DNA of 64,000 nt from Acidobacteriota bacterium. Lineage in GTDB: Bacteria; Acidobacteriota; UBA890; WLXD01. A program made the position numbers and the translations under genes. Below the pieces are notes generated by a model, which was given only the letters and a program-made list of their open reading frames with translations, did not search any database and was not told the DNA's origin. Positions within the stretch are counted from its first letter, which is position 1. The number at the start of each line of letters is the position of its first letter. The stretch spans positions 1,472,001 through 1,536,000 of the forward strand of contig CBDFKD010000002.1 in the NCBI GenBank assembly GCA_965248695.1, in the 5' to 3' direction. Positions 47,684 through 59,071 of the stretch are shown here, in pieces.

Positions 47684-47745
47684 TGGACCCTCACACGTTC
47701 CGGCGATAGGCTTCCTGCGCTCATCCACCTCCCGTTGGTAGCGCC
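47684..47745 (+). promoter_or_regulatory. Conserved kinase leader/promoter copy (TGGACC-N17-TAGGCT)
   Basis: Aligns without gaps to the other copies; TCATCCACCTCCCGTTGGTAGCGCCATG identical to the 43.2 kb copy. Confidence 0.6.
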
Positions 47746-50511
47746 ATGGAACCTGGCACCAAACTAGGCCCCTATGAAATCACCGAGCAGCTCGGCGCTG
47801 GCAGCATGGGCGAGGTGTGGCTGGCGCAGGACACGCGCCTGGGCCGCAAGGTGGCCATCAAGGTTCTGCCCGCCGAGTTCGCTTCTGACCCCGAGCGCCT
47901 CGCCCGCTTCGAGCAGGAGGCCCGCGCTGCCGCCGCCCTGAATCATCCGCACATCGCCTCGGTCTTCGATGTCGGCACCGAGGACGGCACCCACTTCATG
48001 GTGCAGGAGTACCTGGAGGGGGAGACGCTCCGCGAACCGCTGGGCAAGGGTGCGCTGCCGCTCAAGAAGACACTCAGATTAGCCACCGAGATTGCCGATG
48101 CGCTGGCAGCCGCTCACGCCGCCGGGATCATCCACCGGGATCTGAAGCCGGAGAACATCTTCGTCACCATGGAGGGCCACGCCAAGGTGCTGGACTTCGG
48201 TTTGGCGAAGCTTACCGAGGTGGCGGTGACGGGATCACCGGGCGATGCGACCCAGTCCCCCACGATGATGGGTACGGTTGTCGGGCAGGTGATGGGAACC
48301 GCCGGGTACATGGCCCCGGAGCAGGTCGAGGGCTCCGACAAGCTCGATCATCGGGCGGATCTGTTCGCCTTCGGTTGCGTGCTGTACGAGATGGCTGCGG
48401 GCAGGCAGGCGTTCGGCGGGAAGAACGTCCACGAGACCTTGGGACAGATCCTGTCCGATGAGCCGCCAGCGATCGGGGAGATCGATCGATCGCTACCGAT
48501 GGAGTTGCGGAGGATCGTCCGCAAGTCGCTGGCGAAGGAGCCGGCCAAGCGTTATCAGACAGCCGGTGATCTGGTCGTTGACATGCGGGCGCTCGGAGCC
48601 GATGTCGAGTCGGGCGCGGCCGCGGCATCGGCGGGACCGGAGGCCGCGCCGCCAGCCGCAGCAGGCGGCCCGTCCTGGGTGATCGCCGCCGCGCTTGCCG
48701 CCGCGGTCGGGCTCCTTGCCGCAGGCGCGGCCTGGATGCTGCATCCTGCCACCCCATCCAGCACTGGTCCCGTGATGCGGTTCGAGATCGGCCTCGCGGG
48801 CACGCCCGTCGATCTCGAATTCGGCCCGGGGGCGGCACTCTCGCGAGACGGGCTCACCATCGCCATCGCTGCCGAGGGCGGCCTCGAGGTGGAGGGGATG
48901 TACTGGTCGGGGGGCCTGTACGTGCGAGGCATCGACGAGGACGAGGCAACGATGCTCGTCGAACTCCCGGTCGACAATCCGGTGTTCTCGCCCGACGGGC
49001 AATGGATCTCCTACGAACAGATCGGGTCTACGTGGAAGGTCCCCGTGGCCGGTGGCGCCCCCACGCTGGTCGCCGAGTCGCCTTCGGATCGAGGCACGGC
49101 GTGGCTCCCCGACGGGGACCTCCTGCTGGTGCCCACCGCGGGCCGATGGCGTGTTCCGCGTTCCGTTCGACGGCGGCGAGCCCGTGCCGGTCACAACGCT
49201 CCGCGACGGCGAGGCGGCGCATCGCTGGCCGCAGGCGCTACCCGACGGCCAGCACATGCTGTTCGTCGCGGACGCCGAAGGCTCCGACTGGGAAGACGCC
49301 ACCATCGAGGTGGCCAACCTCGAGAGCGGCGAGCGGCGGGTCGTGCTCCGCACCGGCTATGCACCCCGCTACGTGAGTACGGGCCACCTGCTGTACGCCA
49401 GCCGCGGGGGGCTGTTTGCCGTGCCGTTCGACCTCGAATCGCTGCAGGCCACCGGACCGAGCGTCAGGGTCCTCGATGATCTACGGACGAACTCCAGCGT
49501 CGGGAGCGCTCAGTACAGTGTGTCCGACGCGGGGACCTTGCTTTACGTGCGCGGTGGTGACGAAGGCAGCTCCGTAGCGATGCACCTGGCGATGGTCGAT
49601 CGCAGCGGCGAGATCCTGTCGTCCTCGGGGGATGCCGGTTCGCTCGTAGAGGTGAACGGGCTCCTGGGGTCGCCGGGGCACTCTCGCCCGACGGTCGCCG
49701 TGTGGCTTACATGCAGTCGCAGACCGGTGGGGACGGCGACATCTGGGTGTACGAGATGGAGCGCGGCGTTCCCTCGCAGCTGACCCTGAGCGCCCGCCTG
49801 GAGTGGTTCCCCGTCTGGTCGGCGGACGGACGTCAGATCTACTACGCCCTCGCCTCCGGTGTGGAGGAGGAGGCAGGCCTGTACCGGCGCAATGCCGACG
49901 GATCCGGATCTGCTGAACGCCTGCTGGCAGGCGAGTGGCTGCCGACCGCCGCACACCCTGACGGCCGCCGCCTGGCGGTCCAGGGCAGCGTCCCCGGCCT
50001 CAGCGGGTCCATGGCGATTTTCGACCTAGAGAGCCGTGGGGAGCCCACGCCCTTAGCGGATTCGGCCGGCTGGCCGGCCTTTTCGCCGGACGGTAAGTGG
50101 CTCGCTTACACAAGCACCGAAGCCGGCTCCCCCGAGGTCCACGTACGATCGTTGGAGGACGAGGGTCGGTGGCAGATCTCCGACAGTGGCGGTGCTCAGC
50201 CTCCCTTCGCGCCGAACGGCCGCGAGATCTACTATCGAGCGGACCGGCAGATCATGGTCGTGGCCATCGATCCACGGGGCGATGCGCTCCGTCCCGGCCG
50301 AGCGCGCAAGCTCTTGGACATCGCCTCAGCCAGCAATATATTCGGCGATAACCACGCAGGCGTGTTCTTGACCGACTACGACACCCGTGATGGCGAGCAG
50401 TTCGTAATGATCTCGAATTCCGCCGCCCCCAGCCAGGACACCGAGCAGCGGGGCACGATCGTACTCAACTGGTTCGACGAGCTGAAGCGGCTCGTGCCGA
50501 CGGACCCGTAG
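47746..50511 (+). pseudogene. Ser/Thr kinase-TolB propeller gene with two frameshifts (about 49140 and 49680); possibly intact in vivo
   Basis: ORFs 47746-49479, 49052-49783 and 49702-50511 join into one protein colinear with 43188-45893; both shifts lie in G runs. Confidence 0.85.
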
Positions 50512-50686
50512 CGCTTTCCCCGGCGCGGGACTTCCACCGCAGGGGGCGGATTCGGATGCACCTCCGGAGCGCTGCCGCTGTGACGACGGTGACGATGATC
50601 CAGCAACCGTCGCCGCGGATTGTCTATGCCCGAGGCCGATTCCGACTAGCCACCGTGTCATGTTCACTATCTTCGGCGCCGCGGCG

Positions 50687-53393
50687 TCACTCGGCCCGTA
50701 GCGCCTCCGAGGGCTCGACCGCGGATGCCCGGCGTGCCGGCAGATAGCTCGCCACGACGGCAACCGTCAGCAGGATTCCGGCCGCCGCCAGGCGGGTCAC
50801 CGGATCGTCAGCGCGGACCTCGTAGAGCAGCCCCTCCAGCGCTGTGATCAGCACCAGCGAGGCGCCGAGACCCAGCAACACGCCGGCGGCACCGAGCTTC
50901 GCACCCTCACGGACGACCATCGCGCGCATCTCCGAGGAGCGCGCCCCGAGCGCCGACCGGATGCCCAGCTCGCGGACTCGACGACTCACCGACCAGGCGA
51001 CGACCCCATAGGTGCCGATTGTCGTCAACAGCAGGGCGACCCCGGCGAAGATCGTCAGCAGCGTGGCGGCGAAGCGCTGTCTTGCCAAGGTGGCGGCCAC
51101 CAGCTCACGCATCGGGATGATGCTGTGCACCGGCTGGTCCGGGTTGATCTCGGCCACCAGACGCTCAATCTGTCCCGCCGCCGGCGCTTCGCCGGGACGG
51201 GTTCGCAACACCACGTTGAGCGCCGGGTAGGGATTCTGTGCGTAGGGGATGAAGATCTCGGGCTGCGGGCCCTGGCGCAGATCGTGGTGACGAACGTCTC
51301 CCACTACGCCGATGACCCGGTATGTGTACACAGCGCCGGGATAGTTCATTACCAGTCGCTTCCCGAGGGCATCTTCGCCGGGCCAGTTCGAGGCGGCCAA
51401 TCCGGCGCTGACGACGATGACGCGCTCGGCCTGACGCCAGCCGGGATCGCTGAAGTCAAAACGATCGTCGGCGCTGAAGTCACGGCCGGCGAGCAACGGT
51501 CGGCCGAGGGCACGAAAGTAGCCGGGCGTGGTCATGCGAATCCACGCTTCGGCCGCAGCGGCTCCCGGATCGGGTTCGCCATGGCGCCAGTACGGACGGT
51601 CGAAGTCGGCGCCGACCGAGCTCATCGGTAGCGCCGTGGCGGCGCCCACGGCATCGACGCCGGGGAGATCAGCCAGACGGGCGGTGAGCTGCTCGAAGAA
51701 GGCAACACGGCCGTTTCCGAAGGACGAGGCGACGCCGCTTTCGAGAGGTACCCGCACAACCACCGCACCGTCGACGTCGAAACCGGGATCGACCTCCATC
51801 AGCCGCGCGAAGCTACGCGCCAGGAGCAATGCACCGACGAGCAGAACCAGCGTGACGGCGATCTCCGCAACGACCAGTGTGGCTCGCAGCCGGGTGCGAC
51901 GGGCACCCGCCGAGCGTCGTCCGCTGCTTCGATCCACAACAGAATCTCCCGACGCCATCCAGGCCGGCACACCGCCGGCCAGGGCGCCCGCCCCGAGTGA
52001 CAGGAACAGCCCGAAGGCGAGCGCACGCCGATCGATGCCGATCTCCGCCGCACGCGGAAGCTCTCCGGGTTGAAGCGCCATCAGCGCATCGACTCCGATG
52101 CTGGCCGCAACCACCCCGAGCACACCGCCGACGAGCGCCAGTGACAGGCTCTCGGTCACCAGCAGGCGCACCATGCGCAGGCGCGTTGCCCCTAGAGCGC
52201 GGCGCACGCTGATCTCGGCCCGGCGCGAGGTGGACCGCGCCAGCAGCAGCCCGGCAACGTTGGCGCAGGCGGTCAGCAGCAGCAGACCGACGGCGCCCGA
52301 GAGCAGGCCGAGCGGCCGGCGCACCGGATCGATCAGCTCACGGCTCAACGGCGTGATGCGGATGCCCCAACCGGCGTTGGTGGCTGGATACTCGTTCGCC
52401 AGCGCAGCTGCCAGCGCGTCCAGCCTCGTCTGCGCCGCCAGCAGGTCGAGCGGCGTACGCAGCCGCCCGACAGCGCCGAGGAAGCGGGAGTCTCGAGAGG
52501 GCCGACCACCGGTCGTACGGGCGCGTGCTGCCGGATCCCAGGGATTCCACAGATCGATATCCGACCGCGGTAGCGCGAAGCTCGGCGGCATCACCGCAAC
52601 GATCCGCCAGGGAGCGCGATTCACTTCGATCAGCCGACCGATTGCCTGTGGGTCGGCTCCGAGGCGAGAGCTCCAGAATCGATGACTGACCGCGATAACG
52701 GGTTCGGCACCGTAGTGGTTACCGCTGTTGTCGTACCACGAGCCCACCGCGTCGGTCGGCGCTAGCAAGCGTCCGAGCAACGGCTCCGTTCCGAGCAGCC
52801 GAAAGAAGTCGCCGGAGACGTGCGCAACCCCTACCTGTTCCGCACGGTCCTCTGATCTGTAGATCGCGGTCTCTGGCCACCAGGCCGCCACCCCGTCGAA
52901 CACATCGTTACGCTCCTCCCAGTCGATGAAGTTGGCGGGCGCCGGACCGTCCTCGGGAAACCCGAGCGCGTCATTCGACTCCCAGACGCGGACCAGCTGC
53001 GGAATCCGGATAGGGCAACGGACGAAAGAGAACCGCGTCGACAACGCTGAAGATGGCAACGCTGCCACCGATCCCGAGGCCGAGCGTCAGCACGACCGCA
53101 GAGCTGAAGGCTGGCTGCCGCAAGGCGCCGCGCGCCACCAGGCGGACATCGGCGCCCAGGCTGGCTACCGACCGCCATGCCGCTTGCACGCCCGCCGTCC
53201 CTGATCCGAACCGGTATCGCACCGCTGGCCAGATTGCACCGCGCACCTGGGCTCGCAGCCATCTCCGCGCCGCCCGGCGTCCGAGTCGTGCCTCGACGTT
53301 CGCGAGCGTGTTCATCGTGTCGCTCATCACCGCGGCCCGCAGTGCGGACGGCACCATCAGGCGCAGGCAGGCAAGCCAGACCGACGACATCAT
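50687..53393 (-). CDS. ADOP-type duplicated ABC permease, frameshifted at about 53003
   Basis: N-terminal part in the 52971-53714 frame (LTLGLGIG...RPLPYPD) continues in the 50687-53068 frame (QLVRVWE...ACANVAGLLL...PARRA); ATGA overlap with padR. Confidence 0.85.
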
Positions 53394-53728
53394 CGCGCGT
53401 CGGGATCCGGACCGATCTCGACGCCGTCCCAGAAGCGCTCGAGTTGTTGTCGCGAGCGGCGCAGCGCCGACAGACCCGCCGCCTCGATTCGAAAGCACTT
53501 GGTAGCGCGTCCGCCGCGCACCGGGGTAGGCGCGGCAAGCGTCGAGGATACATAGCCCTTCTTCTCGAGTCGCGAAAGGGTCACGTAGACGGCGGTGATG
53601 GCGACCGTAGTGCTCGCCAGTCGGTCGATCTCGGCGTAGACGGCGCGGCCCGGTGAGTCGGCGCGCAGCCGTACGAGCGCCAGCAGAACGATGTGCTCGA
53701 ACTCCCCCAGACAACCCTTCTTACCCAT
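53390..53728 (-). CDS. PadR-family transcriptional regulator
   Basis: LGEFEHIVLLAL, AVYVTLSRLEKKG, PTPVRGGR motifs. Confidence 0.88.
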   Translation of the reverse strand: MGKKGCLGEFEHIVLLALVRLRADSPGRAVYAEIDRLASTTVAITAVYVTLSRLEKKGYVSSTLAAPTPVRGGRATKCFRIEAAGLSALRRSRQQLERFWDGVEIGPDPDAR

Positions 53729-53821
53729 TGGCCGGCTCGCGTCATTGATTTAATAAACGTTGTTTAATACGCCTCGGCGTGCGCCGTCAAGCATCTCCAG
53801 GCGATCTGCTAGGCTCACCGA

Positions 53822-54544
53822 ATGCTCGAACTACAGGCGGTCATCTGGGACTTCGACGGTACCTTGGTGGATACTCGCCAGAAGAACCTCAACGTCACAC
53901 GGACGCTGGTCGAGCGCATCAAGGGCCGCCCGCCCGACACTTTCGACGCCCTACGATCGTTGAGCGGTTACGAGCGCGCCCTGCACCAGCATCGACACTG
54001 GAAGGATTTCTATCGGCAGGAGCTGGGAATGACCGAGGACGAGATCCGCCAATCAGAGGACAGCTGGCTCGACCAGCAGCTGGTGGATGAGACCGCCGCG
54101 GCACCCTACGACGGTATTCTCGAGGTTCTCGAAGGGCTGGCACATCTGCCGCAGGGCATCGTGTCGCTCAACGCCACCAAGAACATCGTCCGTTTTCTCG
54201 AGCACCTGCACCTGCAGGCGCATTTCGACGAGGTGATGGGATTCGAGGCCGTCGAACCCGGAAAACAGAAGCCACTACCGGATGCACTCATCGCCTGCGC
54301 CGATCGCCTGACGGACTCACGGCCGGGACGGATCGTCTACATCGGAGACCACGAGTCGGACATCGAGTGCGTGCACAATGCCAACGCCCACTACGCCGAG
54401 CGCGACGTACCGATCGAGGTCGTCGGGATCAGCGCCGCCTACGGGCCGCTCTCCGACGATTCCCATTGGTCGGCCGAGCCGCACTATCGCGCCGAGCACC
54501 CGGGACAGATCCTGACGTTCGTGACCGAGTTGCTGGCCCAGTAG
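53822..54544 (+). CDS. HAD-family hydrolase (phosphoglycolate phosphatase-like)
   Basis: WDFDGTLVDT, KP.PD, YIGDHESD motifs. Confidence 0.85.
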   Translation: MLELQAVIWDFDGTLVDTRQKNLNVTRTLVERIKGRPPDTFDALRSLSGYERALHQHRHWKDFYRQELGMTEDEIRQSEDSWLDQQLVDETAAAPYDGILEVLEGLAHLPQGIVSLNATKNIVRFLEHLHLQAHFDEVMGFEAVEPGKQKPLPDALIACADRLTDSRPGRIVYIGDHESDIECVHNANAHYAERDVPIEVVGISAAYGPLSDDSHWSAEPHYRAEHPGQILTFVTELLAQ

Positions 54545-54559
54545 TCAGTGGCGCTGTAA

Positions 54560-55150
54560 CTAGCTGTCATCGGACCGGATCGAGCGGTCCGGTCCTTCCT
54601 GCTCATCACCCTCCGACGACGCCGGCTCGGTTGCCGGCATCGAGTCCGTGCCGGGTGCTGGCATCGAGCCCGTCGACTCCGGCACTGGTGCGGCCACTGG
54701 GGACGACGTCGCCGGAGCCTCGATCGGCTCACCGGGGCCTCGCGACTCCGTCGTTCCGACAGCGGCGAGCGCGGATCTACCGATCTCGGCGCCGGCCCAG
54801 AAGAACAGCACCGCCATCGCCGCCTCGTACAGCCCGGCGAATATGGTGTGGGCGGCGAGCCCATCCATGCTGAGGCTGACGATGCGAGCCGTCAGCAATC
54901 CGGTGTAGATGACCCCCGCAGCGTAGAGCCACTGGCGGCCGAATCGTCCGCCGATCGCACCGCGCAGTATCAGAGCGCCAAGCGCCACGCCCAGCCCACC
55001 ACCGAGTGCACGCAGCTCCCCGCGGGCTCCGGTATTGAGCAACTCGAACCCGAATACGCCGGCGACCACATCCACGGCGTAGAGAAAGTAAAGCCCGATC
55101 ACGATATGGGCGAGCGCGGCAACCAACAGTAGCGGCTTTAGCCACTTCAT
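54560..55150 (-). CDS. DUF4345-like membrane protein with low-complexity tail
   Basis: Four TM helices, GELRALGGG, ARIVSLSMDG; GGAGG RBS. Confidence 0.65.
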   Translation of the reverse strand: MKWLKPLLLVAALAHIVIGLYFLYAVDVVAGVFGFELLNTGARGELRALGGGLGVALGALILRGAIGGRFGRQWLYAAGVIYTGLLTARIVSLSMDGLAAHTIFAGLYEAAMAVLFFWAGAEIGRSALAAVGTTESRGPGEPIEAPATSSPVAAPVPESTGSMPAPGTDSMPATEPASSEGDEQEGPDRSIRSDDS

Positions 55151-55276
55151 GTTCCCTCCTAGTGTCCTCACGCCGTCTGAAGAGTGCTCGCGAGGCTTCG
55201 TCGAGCGGGGCCTGCTTGCGGACATCCAACCCCGGACCTCGAGACCATGGGGAAGTGTAGCCGGTCGTCGACCGTG

Positions 55277-55990
55277 CTAGCCGCGAGCTGGCGCTAGCTC
55301 TGAGATCTCGCGACACCGAAATCCACGCGCCTCGCCTTCCCAGCAAAGCGCCGCCACATACGTGCCCGCCATCTCGGGCGTCTCAAACCGCCATCGGTGC
55401 GGCTCGTCACCCGGGTAATCTGTGGCACGCAAACGAGGCGGCGTTTGCGCCATATCCAGACCGAAGCCGCGCGAGGAGAACGTCAGCCCGGTGCCGATCG
55501 CCTTCAAGTACGCCTCCTTGAGGGTCCAGACTCGGTAGAATCCGTCGGCGCGATCCGCGCCCGGCAATGCCGCCAACCAGCGGTCCTCGGCCTCGGCGAA
55601 AAACCGCCGCGAGAGCTCGCGAAAGGGTCGCCGTGGACGCCGGTGCTCGATATCGACACCGACTCTCCCGTCCGCGCCGATCGCCACGATGGCGCAGTTT
55701 CCGGAATGCGACAGGTTGAACATCAGCTCTTCGCCCCGCAGCTTTGGTTTGCCGTGCCGCCCGTACTCGAGGCGCACATCGGCTGGGCGAACATCGAGAT
55801 GCTCGCCCAGTATGCGCCGCAGCATCGATCGGCCAACGAGAAACTCCAACCGCTTCGACTCCGAGCGCAGGCGTCGCAATCGAGCCTGCTCGAGCCCATC
55901 CAGAGTCTCGAATGCCGCCAGGCTCTCGTCGAGTGCAAACGCCCAGACCTCAATCGTGGGCGCGCCGCCTGTTGCTAGCGTGGACAACAC
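55277..55990 (-). CDS. Sfp-type 4'-phosphopantetheinyl transferase
   Basis: GKP, FNLSHS, VGVDIE, WTLKEAYLKAIGTG motifs. Confidence 0.9.
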   Translation of the reverse strand: MLSTLATGGAPTIEVWAFALDESLAAFETLDGLEQARLRRLRSESKRLEFLVGRSMLRRILGEHLDVRPADVRLEYGRHGKPKLRGEELMFNLSHSGNCAIVAIGADGRVGVDIEHRRPRRPFRELSRRFFAEAEDRWLAALPGADRADGFYRVWTLKEAYLKAIGTGLTFSSRGFGLDMAQTPPRLRATDYPGDEPHRWRFETPEMAGTYVAALCWEGEARGFRCREISELAPARG

Positions 55991-56604
55991 GCGCAGGCGC
56001 GGCCGCGGAACGCATCCCAGCCCTCACGCGCGATGATCGGCGCCATCGCCAGCGCCGCCAGCGGATCGGCCCACCACCAACCGAAGAGGGCGTTCAGCAG
56101 CAGGCCGCCGAGGAGGATGGCCGACAAGTAAGTGCAGAGCATCGTCTGGTTGGCCTCCAGATGCAGCGCGCTGCTGGACATCGCCAGCGCCACTTTGCGC
56201 TTGGCGCGTGCTAGCAACGGCATGACCGCCACCGAGCCCGCCGCCACGCCGATGCCGAGCAAGCTCTCGGTCGGCGCCTGGCGCAACCACAGCATCCGCA
56301 GCGCTTCGAAGGCCACGTAGATCGCGAGCACCAGGAAGCTCCCCCCGATGAGCCGCAACGAGACCCTTTCACTCTGCGCGCGACGGGCCGGGTCGGCGTC
56401 CGAGTACAGACGCCAGAGCGCAACGGCAGCCGCGCACAGCTCGATGGTGCTGTCGGCGCCGAAGCCGACGAGAGCAACGGAGCTGGCTATGGCCGCCGCG
56501 GCCAGCGCCAGCCCGGCCTCGACCGTGTTGTACCCCAGCGTGGCCCAGCTCAGCCACAGCCCGCGTCGCACCAGCGCGCGACGCTCAAGAGCGAGCTCGA
56601 TCAT
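55975..56604 (-). CDS. Cation efflux (CDF-like, TM-only) transporter
   Basis: YNTVEA, GFGADSTIE, WWWADP motifs; Cys-rich tail. Confidence 0.8.
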   Translation of the reverse strand: MIELALERRALVRRGLWLSWATLGYNTVEAGLALAAAAIASSVALVGFGADSTIELCAAAVALWRLYSDADPARRAQSERVSLRLIGGSFLVLAIYVAFEALRMLWLRQAPTESLLGIGVAAGSVAVMPLLARAKRKVALAMSSSALHLEANQTMLCTYLSAILLGGLLLNALFGWWWADPLAALAMAPIIAREGWDAFRGRACACCPR

Positions 56605-56613
56605 GGTTGGATT

Positions 56614-58514
56614 CTACCTGCCCCCATCAAGGACCCCGAGAACCACGTGGGACGGGTGCGTCGCCGACCGATACACCGACTGCATGGCGATCTGATAGTC
56701 CTCCGGTCGGGCGTGATAGATGTCGACGAAGCTCTGCGGGTTCCGGTCGTAGGCCGGGAACCAGGAGCTCTGCACCTGAACCATGATGCGATGCCCCGCC
56801 TTGAAGGTGTGGTAGCGGTCCCGCAGGTCGATGTCGATCGGCGTGATCTGATCCGGCACCATCGCCTCGGGTCGCGCCAAGCTGTTGCGGTATCGGCCGC
56901 GCATGACCTCTCCGGCGAGATGCATCTGATAGCCGCCCATGCGGACACTGCAGCTAGCGCTGTCCGGCGCGTCGCCCGGATATACGTCGATGAGCTTGAC
57001 GACCCAGTCGGAGTCCGTGCCGGTGGTCGACACGAACCTGTTGGCCAGAATCGGGCCGGCGATCGTGAGGTCCTCCGCCAGCGGCTCCGACTCGTAGACG
57101 AGCACGTCGGGCCGCGTCGAAGCGAACCGCTGGTCCTCGACTTTCCACAGATGGCCCAGGGTGGTGCGCAACTCGGTAGAGAACGGCACCGGTCGATTCG
57201 GGTCGCTGATGTAGCGGTCGGCCCCTTCCTGGTCGTCGGGCGCGTCGAAGGAAAGGCGTCCACCGGGCCTCAGATACAGCGCCCGCGGCTCGATTCCGGC
57301 CGGCGGCCAGGTTGCGTGACGTCGCCATTCGTTGGCCCCGGTAACGAACACCACCGCCTCTGCCGCCTCCCACTCGCCGACGCCGCGCAGATGATGCTCG
57401 AAGAAGGGTAGCTGCACCTGCTGCTGGAACGCGTGCGAGGTCTTGGAGCCGAACTCGATACAGCCGAGAACATCGCCGTCCATGCTGCGCCAGCCGCCGT
57501 GGAGCCAGGGTCCGACCGCGAGCGTGTTCTCGATCCCCGGATTGCCGGTCTCGATGGCACGGTACGTCGCCATCGGACCGTAGAAGTCCTCGGTATCGAA
57601 CCAGCCGGCAACATTGAGCACCGGCACCTTATGTCGCGCAGGTCGTCGAGGACGTTCTGCCGCTGCCAGTACTCGTCGTAGTCGGGATGCCGCATAAAGT
57701 CGCGCCACGCCGGAACCTCGCCGCCGAAAAACGCCTCGTCGATGTTGGCGGCCGATCCGGAACGCAAGAAGAACTCGTACCCCCAGGGAGTGCCGTAGTC
57801 GAACGCCTGCGGCCGCTCGTCCGTGGGACCGTCGCGCCGACGTGCGTTGCCGGCCAGCCACGAGAAGGCATACATGATGCGGAAGGCGCCGTTGTGGTGC
57901 CAATCATCGCCGATGAACATGTCGGCCGGCGGCGCCTGAGGAGAGGCGGCGCTCAACGCCGGATGATGTTCGACCAGGCCCAGCACCGTCTGCCAGCCTG
58001 GATAGGAGATGCCCCACTGGCCGACGCGGCCGTTGTGCCCGTCGAGGTTTGCGAGGAACCACTCGATGGCGTCGTAGTTGTCGGTGCTCTCGTCGGTATC
58101 ACGGGGACCACGCGGTCGCCGCGCCAGCGGCCGGATCACCTCGAACTCGCCCTCTGAGCGGAACTTGCCGCGCACGTCCTGGAAGGCGAACAAGTAACCG
58201 GCACGATCGAACTCCGGCGAGGGACCGAGCGAGGCGCGGTACGCGTCGGGGCCGTATGGTCCGGCGGAGTACGGGGTCCTGAAGAGGAGCATCGGGACCT
58301 GCCGCGAGGTGTCCCGTGGAGCATAGACGGCGGTGTACAGCCGGGTCCCGTCGCGCATCGGAACCATGAGCTCGGTCTTGGAGTAGTTCTGCCGAACCCA
58401 CTCCGAATGCAACTGCTCCTGGGCCTCGGCGCCGGAGATCCCACGCGTCAGTACCACCGGCGCTAGAGCGACGGAGACAAGGATCAGCGACAGGCGTTTT
58501 CGGTAGCGCAACAT
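56614..58514 (-). CDS. CocE/NonD-family serine hydrolase, frameshifted at about 57630
   Basis: PMRDGTRL, RTPY, QDVRG, GISYPG nucleophile; second frame continues VPVLNVAGWFD, GPWLHG, SSWFP. Confidence 0.85.
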
Positions 58515-58706
58515 GGGCCATCCTCTGCGGAGCCGGGAACGGTCATGGAACGGACCGTCAGGGCGCACAATGTCCCCACCGGGCAGAGCACCCACCCGGC
58601 ACGGATCGCTATGCTATCCTTCTGATTCTCGCCGGTCTGCTGACGCTCCTTGTCTGTGAGCGCCCGGGTCGTAGCGGAACTTCGAACTACTTCAGAGATC
58701 ATAGCA

Positions 58707-58946
58707 ATGGCCAGAAGGTGTGCGATCACGGGCAAGGGTCCGCGCTCGGGTAACAACGTCTCGCATGCGAACAACCGCACCAAGCGGTGGTTCCACCCGA
58801 ACCTGGCGCGCAAGCGCGTGTGGATCCCCGAGCTCGGGCGATCGGTACGTATCAAGCTGTCGACAACGGCGCTCAAGAGCATCGATCGCGACGGGTTGCT
58901 TCGCTACCTGAAGAAGAAAGGCCTCACGTTGAAGGACGTGACCTAA
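58707..58946 (+). CDS. rpmB: 50S ribosomal protein L28
   Basis: [28 protein letters not shown]. Confidence 0.95.
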   Translation: MARRCAITGKGPRSGNNVSHANNRTKRWFHPNLARKRVWIPELGRSVRIKLSTTALKSIDRDGLLRYLKKKGLTLKDVT

Positions 58947-59071
58947 CGCGGACCTCTCGGCCCGTCCCTGACCGCGACTGTCTCGGTTTCCTTACCGCTG
59001 CAGTTGAACGGCCGTCGTCGCGTGTTGCAGCGTTCCAGTGGAACCTCACGAACCCAGTGGATCGACTGCTG

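Noticed and set aside
33436-50511. Integron, diversity-generating retroelement, IS or MITE explanation for the kinase repeats
   Set aside because: No integrase, reverse transcriptase or transposase; no attC-like hairpins, terminal inverted repeats or adenine-specific variation seen
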